A stretch of DNA of 58,137 nucleotides from positions 1 through 58,137 of the IMG/VR virus record IMGVR_UViG_3300025520_000006; one strand, written 5' to 3'. Within the stretch, counting starts at the first letter, position 1. The number at the start of each line of letters is the position of its first letter. Source of the DNA: a virus. Taxonomy: Duplodnaviria > Caudoviricetes. The notes below the pieces were generated by a model. The model searched no databases and was not told where the DNA came from. It saw only the letters and a list, made by a program, of their open reading frames with translations. Made by a program: the position numbers and the translations under genes. Below, in pieces: positions 27,375 through 35,931 of the stretch.

Positions 27375-27460
27375 TGCGTGCGCGGCTGTTCTGGGCGGCG
27401 GCCGGCGTTGCTCTGGTCCTGACCGTCGCCCGATTCCTCTACCAGTTGAGGCGGCTATGA
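27374..27460 (+). CDS. Single-TM microprotein 2 (28 aa)
   Basis: MRARLFWAAAGVALVLTVARFLYQLRRL; ATGA coupling. Confidence 0.6.
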   Translation: MRARLFWAAAGVALVLTVARFLYQLRRL

Positions 27461-27594
27461 TCCTGAACGCTCTTGCGCTCATCGGCGGGCTGTGGGTCGG
27501 CGCAAAAGCGGTCAGCTTCATGCGCTGGCATTTCTTCACCAATCGCGACGGCAATTCTGGTCGCTCCGGCCACCACTACAGCGAGGAGCGATGA
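27457..27594 (+). CDS. Single-TM microprotein 3 (45 aa)
   Basis: MILNALALIGGLWVGAKAVSFMRW...; GAGG RBS; ATGA coupling. Confidence 0.6.
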   Translation: MILNALALIGGLWVGAKAVSFMRWHFFTNRDGNSGRSGHHYSEER

Positions 27595-27710
27595 TGTTTC
27601 CGCCCGATATCGAGCGCAACGCCAAGCTGCTCTTACTCGCCGTCATCTTGATCTTCGTCGCCAGCCACGCGTGGCAGATCGCCAAGGCGGTCTACCGCAT
27701 CGCCTTCTGA
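27591..27710 (+). CDS. Single-TM microprotein 4 (39 aa)
   Basis: MMFPPDIERNAKLLLLAVILIFVASHAW...; GAGGAG RBS. Confidence 0.65.
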   Translation: MMFPPDIERNAKLLLLAVILIFVASHAWQIAKAVYRIAF

Positions 27711-27721
27711 AGGAACGCGAG

Positions 27722-27802
27722 ATGATCGAGCTTTCCTGCGTCGTCGCGCTTGCGATGATCTTTATCGTCGTCGAGCGCTGGATCGAGTTCAACCGCGCCT
27801 GA
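27722..27802 (+). CDS. Single-TM microprotein 5 (26 aa)
   Basis: MIELSCVVALAMIFIVVERWIEFNRA; AAGGA RBS; TGATG coupling. Confidence 0.6.
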   Translation: MIELSCVVALAMIFIVVERWIEFNRA

Positions 27803-28005
27803 TGATCCCCGTCCCTCAAGATGCAGAGATCGTCTGGCGATGCTTTGTGATCGCCAAGCACCGGGATGGGGTCGGTATTTCCGACATCATCGCGCGATCG
27901 CGGCGCGAGCGCATGCCGATGACGCGCGCCGACGTTCTCCAAATCCTGCGCCGCTATGTCGATCGGTTAGACAATGACGTGCGGCAGACGCGCGCCGCCC
28001 GCTAA
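27802..28005 (+). CDS. Hypothetical protein (possible small HTH)
   Basis: Coupled to the preceding microprotein; 67 aa. Confidence 0.55.
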   Translation: MIPVPQDAEIVWRCFVIAKHRDGVGISDIIARSRRERMPMTRADVLQILRRYVDRLDNDVRQTRAAR

Positions 28006-28053
28006 CCACCAAACTCCGCCCACCAAAACCCTGACTAATAGGAGAAAGCGCCA

Positions 28054-28938
28054 ATGTGGCCGCTGCAGCGAGACTGTGACTCGTTCTATGGACGCCCGAT
28101 CAATCGCGACGGCTCGATCAGCCGAGCGTGGGAATCGGTCAACCTCGTCACCATCAAGCCGCCGTTCACGGTCTATTACGGCACGACGCCGGTCAAAGGC
28201 ATTCGCATTCATCGCCGATGCGCCGAAAGCCTGTCGCGCGTGCTCGATCGGATCTGGGTCGCCGCCGGGCGCCAGCAATCGGTTGTCGACGCCTGGGGCG
28301 CGAGCAAGTTCGCCGGTTCATGGGTCGTGCGCAACAAGCGCGGCGGCGGGACGCTGTCGATGCACGCCTATGGCTGCGCGATCGATCTCGATCCGGGGCG
28401 CAACGCCTTTCACTCGACGCGGCCGAACTTCGCGAAAATGCCGGCGTTCAAAGTCGTCGAGGCGTTCGAAGCGGAGGGCTGGGTCTGGGGTGGGCGCTGG
28501 TCCGGTCGCTCCTGCGACGGCATGCACTTTCAGGCGGCGCGCACGACGGCTGTGACCGCCCGCCAATTGCGCGCGGCGGGTTCGCGCGAGGTCGCCGCAA
28601 TTGATTCCGCCAAGACGACGGGGGTCGGGATGATCGGAAGCGGCGCGATTGGTTGGGGCATCCTGTCGCAAACCAACGATGCGGCCCAGCAGGCGATCGG
28701 CGTCGCCAATACAGTCGCGGACGGCCGCGCCACGCTCTCCACCTTCGAGGCCAACTGGCAAATCATCGCGATCATTGCGCTCGGATGCCTTGCTTTGGTC
28801 TTCGCTTGGCTTTGGTGGCGCGCGCAGCAGGCGGGTCTCTACGCCAGAATCGACAACGCGCAGACCGGAACGCGCGGCGACCAGGTGCTCGAAGACTTCC
28901 CACAGGAAGGCGACGTGGCGGATGGCATTAAATTGTAG
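28054..28938 (+). CDS. Endolysin, M15-family peptidase with C-terminal TM segment(s)
   Basis: R..RGG..LSMHAYGCAID...WGG.W....DGMHFQ; hydrophobic C-terminal helix; AGGAG RBS. Confidence 0.9.
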   Translation: MWPLQRDCDSFYGRPINRDGSISRAWESVNLVTIKPPFTVYYGTTPVKGIRIHRRCAESLSRVLDRIWVAAGRQQSVVDAWGASKFAGSWVVRNKRGGGTLSMHAYGCAIDLDPGRNAFHSTRPNFAKMPAFKVVEAFEAEGWVWGGRWSGRSCDGMHFQAARTTAVTARQLRAAGSREVAAIDSAKTTGVGMIGSGAIGWGILSQTNDAAQQAIGVANTVADGRATLSTFEANWQIIAIIALGCLALVFAWLWWRAQQAGLYARIDNAQTGTRGDQVLEDFPQEGDVADGIKL

Positions 28939-29005
28939 CTCGCTGCGGTTGGGCGGCTGACGAATCCGCGCCCAGCGGTCTCTGGGCACAATAAGGAGAA
29001 GGCAG

Positions 29006-29281
29006 ATGCAACCAGCTGTCCGAGCGAAGTTCCGCTGCGACTCAATCACTCACCTGATCACGCATGTCTATGATCAGGATGCAAAGCAGTCATATCCGAC
29101 GCCGGCGCGCACAATCACCATGTCGCCGGTTTACGGGAACGGCGATCCTAACCATGAAAACACGAAATTCTGGCAGGCCTCGCCGGGCGGTCGCTTGGAG
29201 CTGAGCGTCGTCAATGCCGCCGCAGTAGAGCGCTTCGAGGTCGGCAAGGAATACTATCTCGACTTCACGCCAGCGGATTGA
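29006..29281 (+). CDS. Conserved phage hypothetical protein
   Basis: VRAKF.C...EN.KFW.ASP.G...F..GKEYYLDFTPA; AAGGAG upstream. Confidence 0.75.
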   Translation: MQPAVRAKFRCDSITHLITHVYDQDAKQSYPTPARTITMSPVYGNGDPNHENTKFWQASPGGRLELSVVNAAAVERFEVGKEYYLDFTPAD

Positions 29282-29351
29282 TCATCACGCGCGCAGTCTT
29301 CGGGCTGCGCGCGACTTCTTTGCAAAAAAAACGCAAACAAGAGAGGCTGAC

Positions 29352-29450
29352 ATGTGCGGAGGCGTTGACCCACGGCCGACGATCGGGACCGTTATCGGCA
29401 TTCTCGTCTGCCTATTCTTGGTCTGGTTTCTGATCTGGGGGCGTCCGTGA
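29352..29450 (+). CDS. Single-TM microprotein (32 aa)
   Basis: MCGGVDPRPTIGTVIGILVCLFLVWFLIWGRP; GAGG RBS; GTGA coupling. Confidence 0.55.
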   Translation: MCGGVDPRPTIGTVIGILVCLFLVWFLIWGRP

Positions 29451-29749
29451 GCGTGAAAGCAACTCGCGTCGACGATATCGACGAGAAGGACGGGCCACCG
29501 GGGGCGTTCGAATTCTTCGATACGGCGGATCGAAAAGACGCAGGCATAATTTTCATCTGTCCATGCGGCTGTAGGAGCCATGGCGCGCTCGAATTTAGGC
29601 CGTCGCCGTCACCGTCATGGGAATGGAACGGCGACCGCGAAGCCCCAACACTGACCCCTAGCGTTCACGATCAAATCACCTTGCGCGACGGGAGCAAGCG
29701 GACGCACTGGCACGGCTACCTGACCGCCGGCGTATGGGAGTCATGCTGA
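29447..29749 (+). CDS. DUF6527-like Cys/His protein
   Basis: F.CPCGC...W.WNGD...PTL.PSV...WHGYLT.G.W. Confidence 0.75.
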   Translation: MSVKATRVDDIDEKDGPPGAFEFFDTADRKDAGIIFICPCGCRSHGALEFRPSPSPSWEWNGDREAPTLTPSVHDQITLRDGSKRTHWHGYLTAGVWESC

Positions 29750-29750
29750 A

Positions 29751-30209
29751 ATGATCTGGCTGCTCACCAAAGTCTTTTCGCCGCTCGCGCCGATCTTCCA
29801 CTTCATCGGCGATCATCGCTACGGCAGCATCGCTGTGCTGCTCATCGTCGCAGCCGCCGCGGCGTGGGTCTATGTGCCCGTCGCCGGCCGCAAGATCGCC
29901 GGCGGGCTCATCGTCGCCGCCGTCGCGGCGGGCTTTTTCGACTGGGGCTACTCCTACCGCGCGGCGATCGATCGCAAAGCATGGGCGCAGGCCGAAAAGG
30001 CCCGGGCGGACGCCGAGGAAAAAGAAGAGAAGCGCCGCGAGGATGCGGTCGACTCCGCGGCGACATGGGCGCGCGAAGAGGCGAGACGGTTGGCGTCCGA
30101 AGAAGAGAATCGCGCAAAGCAAAGCAAGGAGATCGATGATGCGGCTCGTAATAGCCATCGCCCTGGCCTCAGCCTTCCTTTCGTCCTGCAACTCGGCAAA
30201 ATACGCTGA
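29751..30209 (+). CDS. Inner-membrane spanin (Rz-like)
   Basis: N-terminal TM helices followed by a charged coiled coil; in the lysis module. Confidence 0.7.
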   Translation: MIWLLTKVFSPLAPIFHFIGDHRYGSIAVLLIVAAAAAWVYVPVAGRKIAGGLIVAAVAAGFFDWGYSYRAAIDRKAWAQAEKARADAEEKEEKRREDAVDSAATWAREEARRLASEEENRAKQSKEIDDAARNSHRPGLSLPFVLQLGKIR

Positions 30210-30540
30210 CCATGCGCCGGTCGTCGTGTTGGCGACGCCGAAGGCGCAGCCCCCGAAAAAGCTGACGAAGCCCTGCGCTGGCAATGCGCGCCTGCCGCAT
30301 CGCGCGCTAGACGAAGGCGAGACGGCGAGCCTGTGGGGGCGCGATCGCAAAGCGAACGCCGACTGCGGCCCGCGCCATAGCGCGCTCGTCAAATGGCTGC
30401 ACAGGCGCGACGCCGGCCTTGCCCGCCAGCCGCTACCCGAGCCGCCCAAAGAGCCGGAAGAGCCTGCGCCCGTCGCGGCTGAGCCGGTCTTCCGCAACCC
30501 GCTCGCCGGTTTGTTCGGCGGCAACGCAAGCGAGGAATAA
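30136..30540 (+). CDS. Outer-membrane spanin lipoprotein (Rz1-like)
   Basis: MMRLVIAIALASAFLSSC lipobox; Pro-rich; overlaps the i-spanin 3' end; AAGGAG RBS. Confidence 0.75.
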   Translation: MMRLVIAIALASAFLSSCNSAKYADHAPVVVLATPKAQPPKKLTKPCAGNARLPHRALDEGETASLWGRDRKANADCGPRHSALVKWLHRRDAGLARQPLPEPPKEPEEPAPVAAEPVFRNPLAGLFGGNASEE

Positions 30541-30547
30541 TCTGATC

Positions 30548-30829
30548 ATGCCGACGCAGACTTGCCACAGCCTTTCTCGGATGATCATCGACAGCATGTT
30601 TCAGACCACCTCAGACAAGCTCGCCTGGGTTGCGGCAGCCGGTGGGGCGTCAGCGCCGGCGTTGGCCGATTATCTGCACGGCATCAACAGCGCCGCGGTC
30701 TGGCTCGGGCCGCCGCTCGCCGCCATCTTCGTCTTCTCGAAGACGATCCTGGTTTGGGTGCAGATCGCGAAAGAGCGACAAGGAAAAAACGGCGGCGCGG
30801 CCGGCGATCCGCATCATCATCCGGATTGA
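30548..30829 (+). CDS. Probable holin-like membrane protein (start uncertain)
   Basis: Hydrophobic segments plus basic C-terminus; last gene of the lysis cluster. Confidence 0.5.
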   Translation: MPTQTCHSLSRMIIDSMFQTTSDKLAWVAAAGGASAPALADYLHGINSAAVWLGPPLAAIFVFSKTILVWVQIAKERQGKNGGAAGDPHHHPD

Positions 30830-30855
30830 TCAATTCAGGCCGGCATATCCGAAGA

Positions 30856-31143
30856 TCACGACGCCTTCCTTTTCTTGCCGCCACGCTTCTTCCGCAGCGC
30901 TCTTAAATCCCACGGGCCGAGCCGCCGGCGGAAGATGTAGCCATTCGACTGACCGATGTCAGCGACCCATCGCGACTCGCCGATCTTGGGGCCCGCGCTG
31001 GCGCAGAGGCCAGCGTAGTCTTGCAAGGGGACAATAAATTCCGGTGAGTCCGAGCCAACCGCTGCGCTATTGCCTCCCATGCAGACGACATACATAACTT
31101 CCCTGTCCTCCCCAACGCCTTCCGGCTTTTTTGGCTCGCTCAT
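30856..31143 (-). CDS. Hypothetical protein (moron)
   Basis: AGGAG upstream of ATG (MSEPKKPEG...); opposite strand. Confidence 0.55.
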   Translation of the reverse strand: MSEPKKPEGVGEDREVMYVVCMGGNSAAVGSDSPEFIVPLQDYAGLCASAGPKIGESRWVADIGQSNGYIFRRRLGPWDLRALRKKRGGKKRKAS

Positions 31144-31162
31144 TTCATCACGCTCCTGAATC

Positions 31163-31193
31163 AACCCCGTCGGCTCCGGCCGGCGGGGTTTTT
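31163..31193 (+). terminator. Rho-independent terminator ending the late operon
   Basis: AACCCCGTCGGC-TCCG-GCCGGCGGGGTT followed by a T-run. Confidence 0.8.
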
Positions 31194-31229
31194 TGGCGTT
31201 TTGGGGCGGAAATTATGCATTTTCTATGC

Positions 31230-31445
31230 ATGACGCCAACGCCCTATACTCTCCCGCTCCGGATCCGCAAGAGCGGCGAATCCTTCGTCGTCGAAGACTC
31301 CGGCGGCGTCGCGCTCGCCTATGTCTATTTCGAAGACGAGCCGACCCGGCGCGGGCTGGTCAGGCGGCTCTCGGCCGACGACGCCAAGTGCGTGGCGCAG
31401 GCGATCGCCCGGGCGCTGACGGCGACGGCGCCGAACACCGAGTGA
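31230..31445 (+). CDS. Small hypothetical protein next to attP
   Basis: MTPTPYTLPLRI...AYVYFEDEP.RR; start uncertain. Confidence 0.6.
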   Translation: MTPTPYTLPLRIRKSGESFVVEDSGGVALAYVYFEDEPTRRGLVRRLSADDAKCVAQAIARALTATAPNTE

Positions 31446-31451
31446 ACAAAC

Positions 31452-31707
31452 TGTGCCGACTCTTGTGCCCGCGCGAACCGCTTTCGTTTGCGCCACATGC
31501 GCGCTATGCGCGCGCTTCGTTCTCTCACAAGTCATTGATCTTGGCGGAAGGGGTGGGATTCGAACCCACGGTGGAGTTGCCCCCACGCCGGTTTTCAAGA
31601 CCCGTCAACTTTTGCGGGTTTACTATACGTAACACATTGTATAACCAGGAATTCATGCAGACTCCACTTCTCCAAACCGGCGGTCATGTGCCGTATTTTG
31701 TGCCGAC
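31452..31707. promoter_or_regulatory. Integrase arm-type sites flanking the att core
   Basis: Paired TGTGCC repeats at ~31452-31470 and ~31687-31707; AAGTCATTGAT IHF-like site at ~31529. Confidence 0.65.
31542..31602 (-). other. attP: attP core: 3' half of tRNA-Ser(UGA)
   Basis: Minus strand reads GGTC-TTGAAA-ACCG, long variable arm, GTGGGTTCGAATCCCAC, CCCTTCCG-CCA; no 5' half; 50 bp from the integrase stop. Confidence 0.9.
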
Positions 31708-32717
31708 CCCCGCTTCGCGCGCTCGACCTCTTCCGGCGTGAGGAACTCCAGATAGATCTCCGTCGTCTTCACGCTCGTGTGGCCGAGGATCTTCGATAGG
31801 TCGTAGATTGACCCGCCCTTGCGGAGATATTCGACCGCGTAGAAATGGCGCAAGTCGTGGAAGCGAAAGCGCGAGAACCCTCGCCCGGCTTTGGCCTCTC
31901 GCCCCATTAATGAGCGTCGCAGATGCGTGAAATCGGAGGCGGCCTGGCTGAAGGGCGCTCCGTCCTCGCGGCAGAAAATAAGGGTTGATCCTAGCGCGAC
32001 CGGCTGTGCCGAGATATGTGCCGACGCCTCGTCCGAAAGCGGAATGACTCGGCGCTTATTGCCCTTGCCGATCACTTCGAGCGTATCGGCAGCGCGATTG
32101 AATCCTCTGCGCTGGGCAGTTACGAGTTCGTTCTGCCGACATCCGGTGAGCCGAGCGGCTCGGATTAGGGCGCCGAAGGCGCGGCTCGCTGCGCCTATCA
32201 CGGACTCGACGTCCGCAGGCTCCGGTAGGACGATCGGATCGCGGCGTTCCTTAATCAGGCGGCGCTTGGATAGCGTAGGATTGCCCTCGCGCCAGCCTTG
32301 CGCCTCGGCGTAATCCAGCACGCTGGAAACGGCCGTAAGATCGCGGCGCACCGTCGCCGGCGACACTTCAGCCTTCCGAGCAGCGATCAGCGCAGCGATA
32401 GCTGGTCCGTCGATCTCGTCGATCGCGAGTCGCTCGAGATGTGGGCGCGCCTTGGCGAGTGAATCGGCATAGCGCGAAGCGGTAGTCGGCGCGAGGTTGG
32501 AGAACTCGTGTTCGGCCCAGGCCGTCACGACCTCGAGCCATGGTCTTCGACGCTCCCCGCGCCAGCGCGCCGCCTTGATCTCCTCGATCTTCTTATCGCG
32601 CAGTCGCCGCGCAGTTTTGACATCGCCCGTTCGTAGGCTTTCTCGATGTTCGACGCCCCGGATGGTGGCGCGCAACCACCAGATTCCGCTGCGTTTATAG
32701 AGGTTTTCCTCAGACAT
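31653..32717 (-). CDS. int: Tyrosine integrase
   Basis: TGCR..EL, GKG.K.R, FHDLRH, LGH.....T..Y catalytic motifs. Confidence 0.97.
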   Translation of the reverse strand: MSEENLYKRSGIWWLRATIRGVEHRESLRTGDVKTARRLRDKKIEEIKAARWRGERRRPWLEVVTAWAEHEFSNLAPTTASRYADSLAKARPHLERLAIDEIDGPAIAALIAARKAEVSPATVRRDLTAVSSVLDYAEAQGWREGNPTLSKRRLIKERRDPIVLPEPADVESVIGAASRAFGALIRAARLTGCRQNELVTAQRRGFNRAADTLEVIGKGNKRRVIPLSDEASAHISAQPVALGSTLIFCREDGAPFSQAASDFTHLRRSLMGREAKAGRGFSRFRFHDLRHFYAVEYLRKGGSIYDLSKILGHTSVKTTEIYLEFLTPEEVERAKRGSAQNTAHDRRFGEVESA

Positions 32718-32902
32718 TCGGCCTCCCGCTCGGAAATGAACCGACGCAATTTGGCTGGGTCGAAAGTCCAGAGCGTGCCAATTTTGGCCGCTCCAGGCAA
32801 ATCGCCTCGCGCCGCCAGCGCCTGGACGCCGCGGTGCGAGATGCCCAGCATGGCGGCCGCCTCTTCGGCGCGGATCCGCTGTGGGGCAGGGCGGTCGTTC
32901 AT
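32525..32902 (-). CDS. xis: Excisionase/HTH_17-like protein
   Basis: EEAAAMLGIS...G.LPGAAKIG..W.F; overlaps the int 5' end. Confidence 0.75.
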   Translation of the reverse strand: MNDRPAPQRIRAEEAAAMLGISHRGVQALAARGDLPGAAKIGTLWTFDPAKLRRFISEREAECLRKTSINAAESGGCAPPSGASNIEKAYERAMSKLRGDCAIRRSRRSRRRAGAGSVEDHGSRS

Positions 32903-33165
32903 GGGAACCGCTCCAGCGGCTCCGGCCAGCGCCATGATCCTAAGAAGATATCGTCGACTCGCTTTTTTGCGCCGTCGAGCGTGCTTAGGGCTCCGACGCG
33001 GCGCAAAGTCTTCGTATCGTTCGGGTCCATGCACCACAGATAAAATGGGCCATCTTCAAAGAAGCATTCTATGGTCGCGAGCTCGTGGCCAAGTTCGTTC
33101 CTGAGCACGAAATATCTCCAGCTCTGATTTTCCGGATCTGAATCAATTTCATTCCATGTCGTCAT
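32899..33165 (-). CDS. Hypothetical protein
   Basis: GGAGG RBS, ATG (MTTWNEID...); coupled to xis. Confidence 0.6.
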   Translation of the reverse strand: MTTWNEIDSDPENQSWRYFVLRNELGHELATIECFFEDGPFYLWCMDPNDTKTLRRVGALSTLDGAKKRVDDIFLGSWRWPEPLERFP

Positions 33166-33577
33166 GGCGGGCCTCCAATGATTTAAGGACCACGCGATAT
33201 TTTCCGTAGGCGACCTGCTCGATCTTGCCGCGTCGCGCGAGACAGGCGAGGGCATTCCACAGCGGCTTGCGGTCCTGATCGGTGAAACCGATAGCGGCGC
33301 CGATATCGTCGACGCTCATGATTTCTCCGGGTCGACTGGCGATCGAGCGATGCACGCGCCGCGTTAAGGTATCCGCACCAGCATATCGTGCGACAAACCG
33401 CGCCAACCGGATGACGTCGACGTCGATCTCTGGCACGACCATCTGTCGAATATGCGCGCCATGGGCGCGTGCAGAGCGATAGGCAGGCGCGGCGACATGC
33501 GGATCCAGCATCTCGAGCAGCTCGCCGATGATCTGGCCCAAGGCCGCGATCTCTTCATTTGTCGCACGCTCAGCCAC
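33149..33577 (-). CDS. Hypothetical protein with C-terminal winged-helix-like segment
   Basis: AGGAGG RBS before GTG; L..L.RRGKIEQVAYGKY motif. Confidence 0.6.
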   Translation of the reverse strand: MAERATNEEIAALGQIIGELLEMLDPHVAAPAYRSARAHGAHIRQMVVPEIDVDVIRLARFVARYAGADTLTRRVHRSIASRPGEIMSVDDIGAAIGFTDQDRKPLWNALACLARRGKIEQVAYGKYRVVLKSLEARHDDME

Positions 33578-34217
33578 GAACCGCCTCCTTCGCGAGCGTG
33601 TCGATATTCGCCGCGACCAGGCGGAAGGTAATGGCGGCGACCCATGGATTTGCGTCCCACGCCTCGGCGCCGTGAAGCGCTTCCCATAGATCGGCGTACC
33701 AATCTCTCGCCGTTGCCCATTCGGCGCCGCCAAGCCGCATGCTCACCATCGATCCGAAGATGCGTCCGGTGGCCTTCCCCTTGAAAGCTCCTTCAGCGAC
33801 CGCGTCTGCCTCGCTGATATCCTGTAGCCGCTCAACCTTCACTGACTCGACGACCAGCGTGAGGCGCGACGCCCAGCGCGGCATATGGATGGAGGGGCGC
33901 AGCTTGCGATGTTGCGCCTTGACAGACTCAGGAAAGTCTCGGGGTAGGCAATCTATCGCTGCGAAATGCTCCCGCACGCCGCTCGCATCGACTGCATAAA
34001 CAGCATACTCACTATGTCCATCATCAGTGAGGTAATGTGCTTCTCGCACCAAGAGCCGATCGCCGCTAGCCCACCGCAGCGCCCTCTTGGCTTCGCGGAT
34101 ATCCGCATAAATGCCGTTGTCCTGCGGCTGCGGCTTCAAAACCCGCCGCGTCTGCGTCTTCCGCCCGTCGAGTAAGGCGCGGATCATTGGCGCTGAAAAG
34201 ATGATCGGGCGATCCAT
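33570..34217 (-). CDS. Conserved phage protein (ASCH/PUA-like)
   Basis: RPIIFSAPMIRALLDGRKTQTRR...PSIHMPRWASR...VERLQDISEADA.AEG...W..NPWV. Confidence 0.85.
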   Translation of the reverse strand: MDRPIIFSAPMIRALLDGRKTQTRRVLKPQPQDNGIYADIREAKRALRWASGDRLLVREAHYLTDDGHSEYAVYAVDASGVREHFAAIDCLPRDFPESVKAQHRKLRPSIHMPRWASRLTLVVESVKVERLQDISEADAVAEGAFKGKATGRIFGSMVSMRLGGAEWATARDWYADLWEALHGAEAWDANPWVAAITFRLVAANIDTLAKEAVRG

Positions 34218-34220
34218 CGT

Positions 34221-34563
34221 TCACTCCGCTGCCACGAGCAAGGGAAGATCATTGACCGGCGTCTCAGGCTTCTGGCTCCGCTCGTCAGGAATGAAGTTCG
34301 CCGCCACGAAGCAACTCGCCAGGCGGCGGGCAGACAACGCCGATCCCCGCCATGAATTCCGCCGCGGCGTCGTATTCGTCTTTAGTCATGCCCTTCGACG
34401 CATGGATTGTGAGGCGATCGAGCGCCTTGCAGAAGCTCATGAATTTCAGCGCGCGCGGCGATCGGTTCTCAACGTCCTTGCCGCCATAGATCAGCGCCCA
34501 CGCCCACGGCTGGCGAACAGACAGCGCAAGTTGCGGGATGATGATCACAGAACCTTCCTCCAT
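34221..34563 (-). pseudogene. ASCH-domain gene truncated by an apparent internal deletion
   Basis: ALSVRQPWAW.LI.GGKDVENR...IHASK; stops just after LLRGG; an out-of-frame tail carries the RBS of the next gene. Confidence 0.6.
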
Positions 34564-34781
34564 GTCGCTCCCGGCATCGCCGCTTCGATCATCAGAATGA
34601 AGTCGTTGCGATCGTCGTCGTTCGGGAAATAGAGGCAAAGCGGGAGCGCTCGATCGAGCTTCGGGCTTGCCGCGCGCCCCTTCTCGGAAACGACGAAGGC
34701 GACAAGTTCGTCGGCGCTGCAATGAGGCTTTTCCTCAAGAAACGCTTGGCAGCGGTCGCGTAGCGTAGCCATCAGCGCCAC
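34545..34781 (-). CDS. Hypothetical protein
   Basis: Packed in the leftward operon; GAGG upstream. Confidence 0.55.
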   Translation of the reverse strand: MALMATLRDRCQAFLEEKPHCSADELVAFVVSEKGRAASPKLDRALPLCLYFPNDDDRNDFILMIEAAMPGATWRKVL

Positions 34782-34993
34782 CTCGCCGCGTCGACGTCAC
34801 GGTCGCAGCGTGTTTTCATTTTCTCGCCGCGAGTCTCAAGCGCCCAATCGGCGTAGCGATGCAGCACGCTTTCAAAGCTGACGCAGGCCGTCATGGTTTC
34901 GAAGCGCAGCGCTGGTTTCGGGGTGGCCGTCTCGATTTGAGCGGCTGGCGCAATCGTCATGGCCAGCACAACGGGGAACAAGGGCGCACTCAT
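34772..34993 (-). CDS. Hypothetical protein with signal-like N-terminus
   Basis: GGAGG RBS, ATGA coupling (MSAPLFPVVLAM...). Confidence 0.55.
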   Translation of the reverse strand: MSAPLFPVVLAMTIAPAAQIETATPKPALRFETMTACVSFESVLHRYADWALETRGEKMKTRCDRDVDAARWR

Positions 34994-35931
34994 GCCGCCT
35001 CCGGGAATTCTTGGACATCGAGATCCGCCGGCAGCGGGCGCTTGCCGACGTTCTGCTTGCCGAAGAACGGGACGCCGGCCGATCGGCACTGATTGAGCAG
35101 GTCGCGCGCGTTCGCTTCGAAGTTATTGTCGCGTGCATGCGCACCGGATTCGCCGCCGCATATGACCCAGCCGAGGCGGCTCGCTTTGCCTTGCGACGTC
35201 CAAATCTTGCCGTCGCGAAGATCATGTTGCGGGATGATCGTAGGGCATTGGTAGTGACAGGCCGGGACGGTCGTTATGCCCTCAAGCGCATTTATCAAAT
35301 GTTTGTCTTCGTCGTTGACGCGCATCTCCCGCGGAAGCTGCTTTGGGTCTTCGATCCATAGGCGGAGACTGATGGCCCCGAGCATCGGCTCGACGCTCAA
35401 TCCGACCCACGGGATGCAAAGCCTCGCCTTCAACGAGAGCAGGCGCGGGATGTCGCGGTCGGCCTCCTGCTGATTGCAGACGGTGATGATCAGTCCGGCG
35501 TGCTGCGGCCATGTCGACATGCCGATCTCGGCGATACGCCTCTCGACAACGCTGATGCGCTTCGTGACCATCTGAATCGAGAGGTGCCGGGCGCGGTTGA
35601 TTTCGATCCACGCCTCCTCGAACCATTCGACCGGCGCTTCGAGATCAAAGAGATCGCTCATGGACTGTGTGAAGACGCGGCGCCGGCGATCGACGAGACC
35701 GAAGTCAGAGAGGCTGCGCGACCATTCGGCGTGCTCGCGGTCGAGGCGACGGATGAGCGAGACGGCGCTCTTGATCTTCTTGCGCGGCGCGTTCAGTCCC
35801 CAATGTGCGCCGCCCGTGCGCTTGTCCCATGCCTCGGCATAGCAGAAGTCGCAGGCGGGGCTAACCTTCGTACAGCCCCACCAGAAATTCACGGTGGCGT
35901 CTGTCCAAATAATTCCAGTCTTCTTGCCCAT
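34990..35931 (-). CDS. Gp37/Gp68 family protein (DUF5131, radical-SAM-like)
   Basis: I.WTDAT.N...GCTKVSPACDFCYAE, SMSDLF, SVEPML, WVICGGESG, VPFF.KQ. Confidence 0.92.
   Translation of the reverse strand: MGKKTGIIWTDATVNFWWGCTKVSPACDFCYAEAWDKRTGGAHWGLNAPRKKIKSAVSLIRRLDREHAEWSRSLSDFGLVDRRRRVFTQSMSDLFDLEAPVEWFEEAWIEINRARHLSIQMVTKRISVVERRIAEIGMSTWPQHAGLIITVCNQQEADRDIPRLLSLKARLCIPWVGLSVEPMLGAISLRLWIEDPKQLPREMRVNDEDKHLINALEGITTVPACHYQCPTIIPQHDLRDGKIWTSQGKASRLGWVICGGESGAHARDNNFEANARDLLNQCRSAGVPFFGKQNVGKRPLPADLDVQEFPEAA

Noticed and set aside
31542-31602. Functional tRNA-Ser gene
   Set aside because: Only the anticodon-to-CCA half is present; better explained as the att core.
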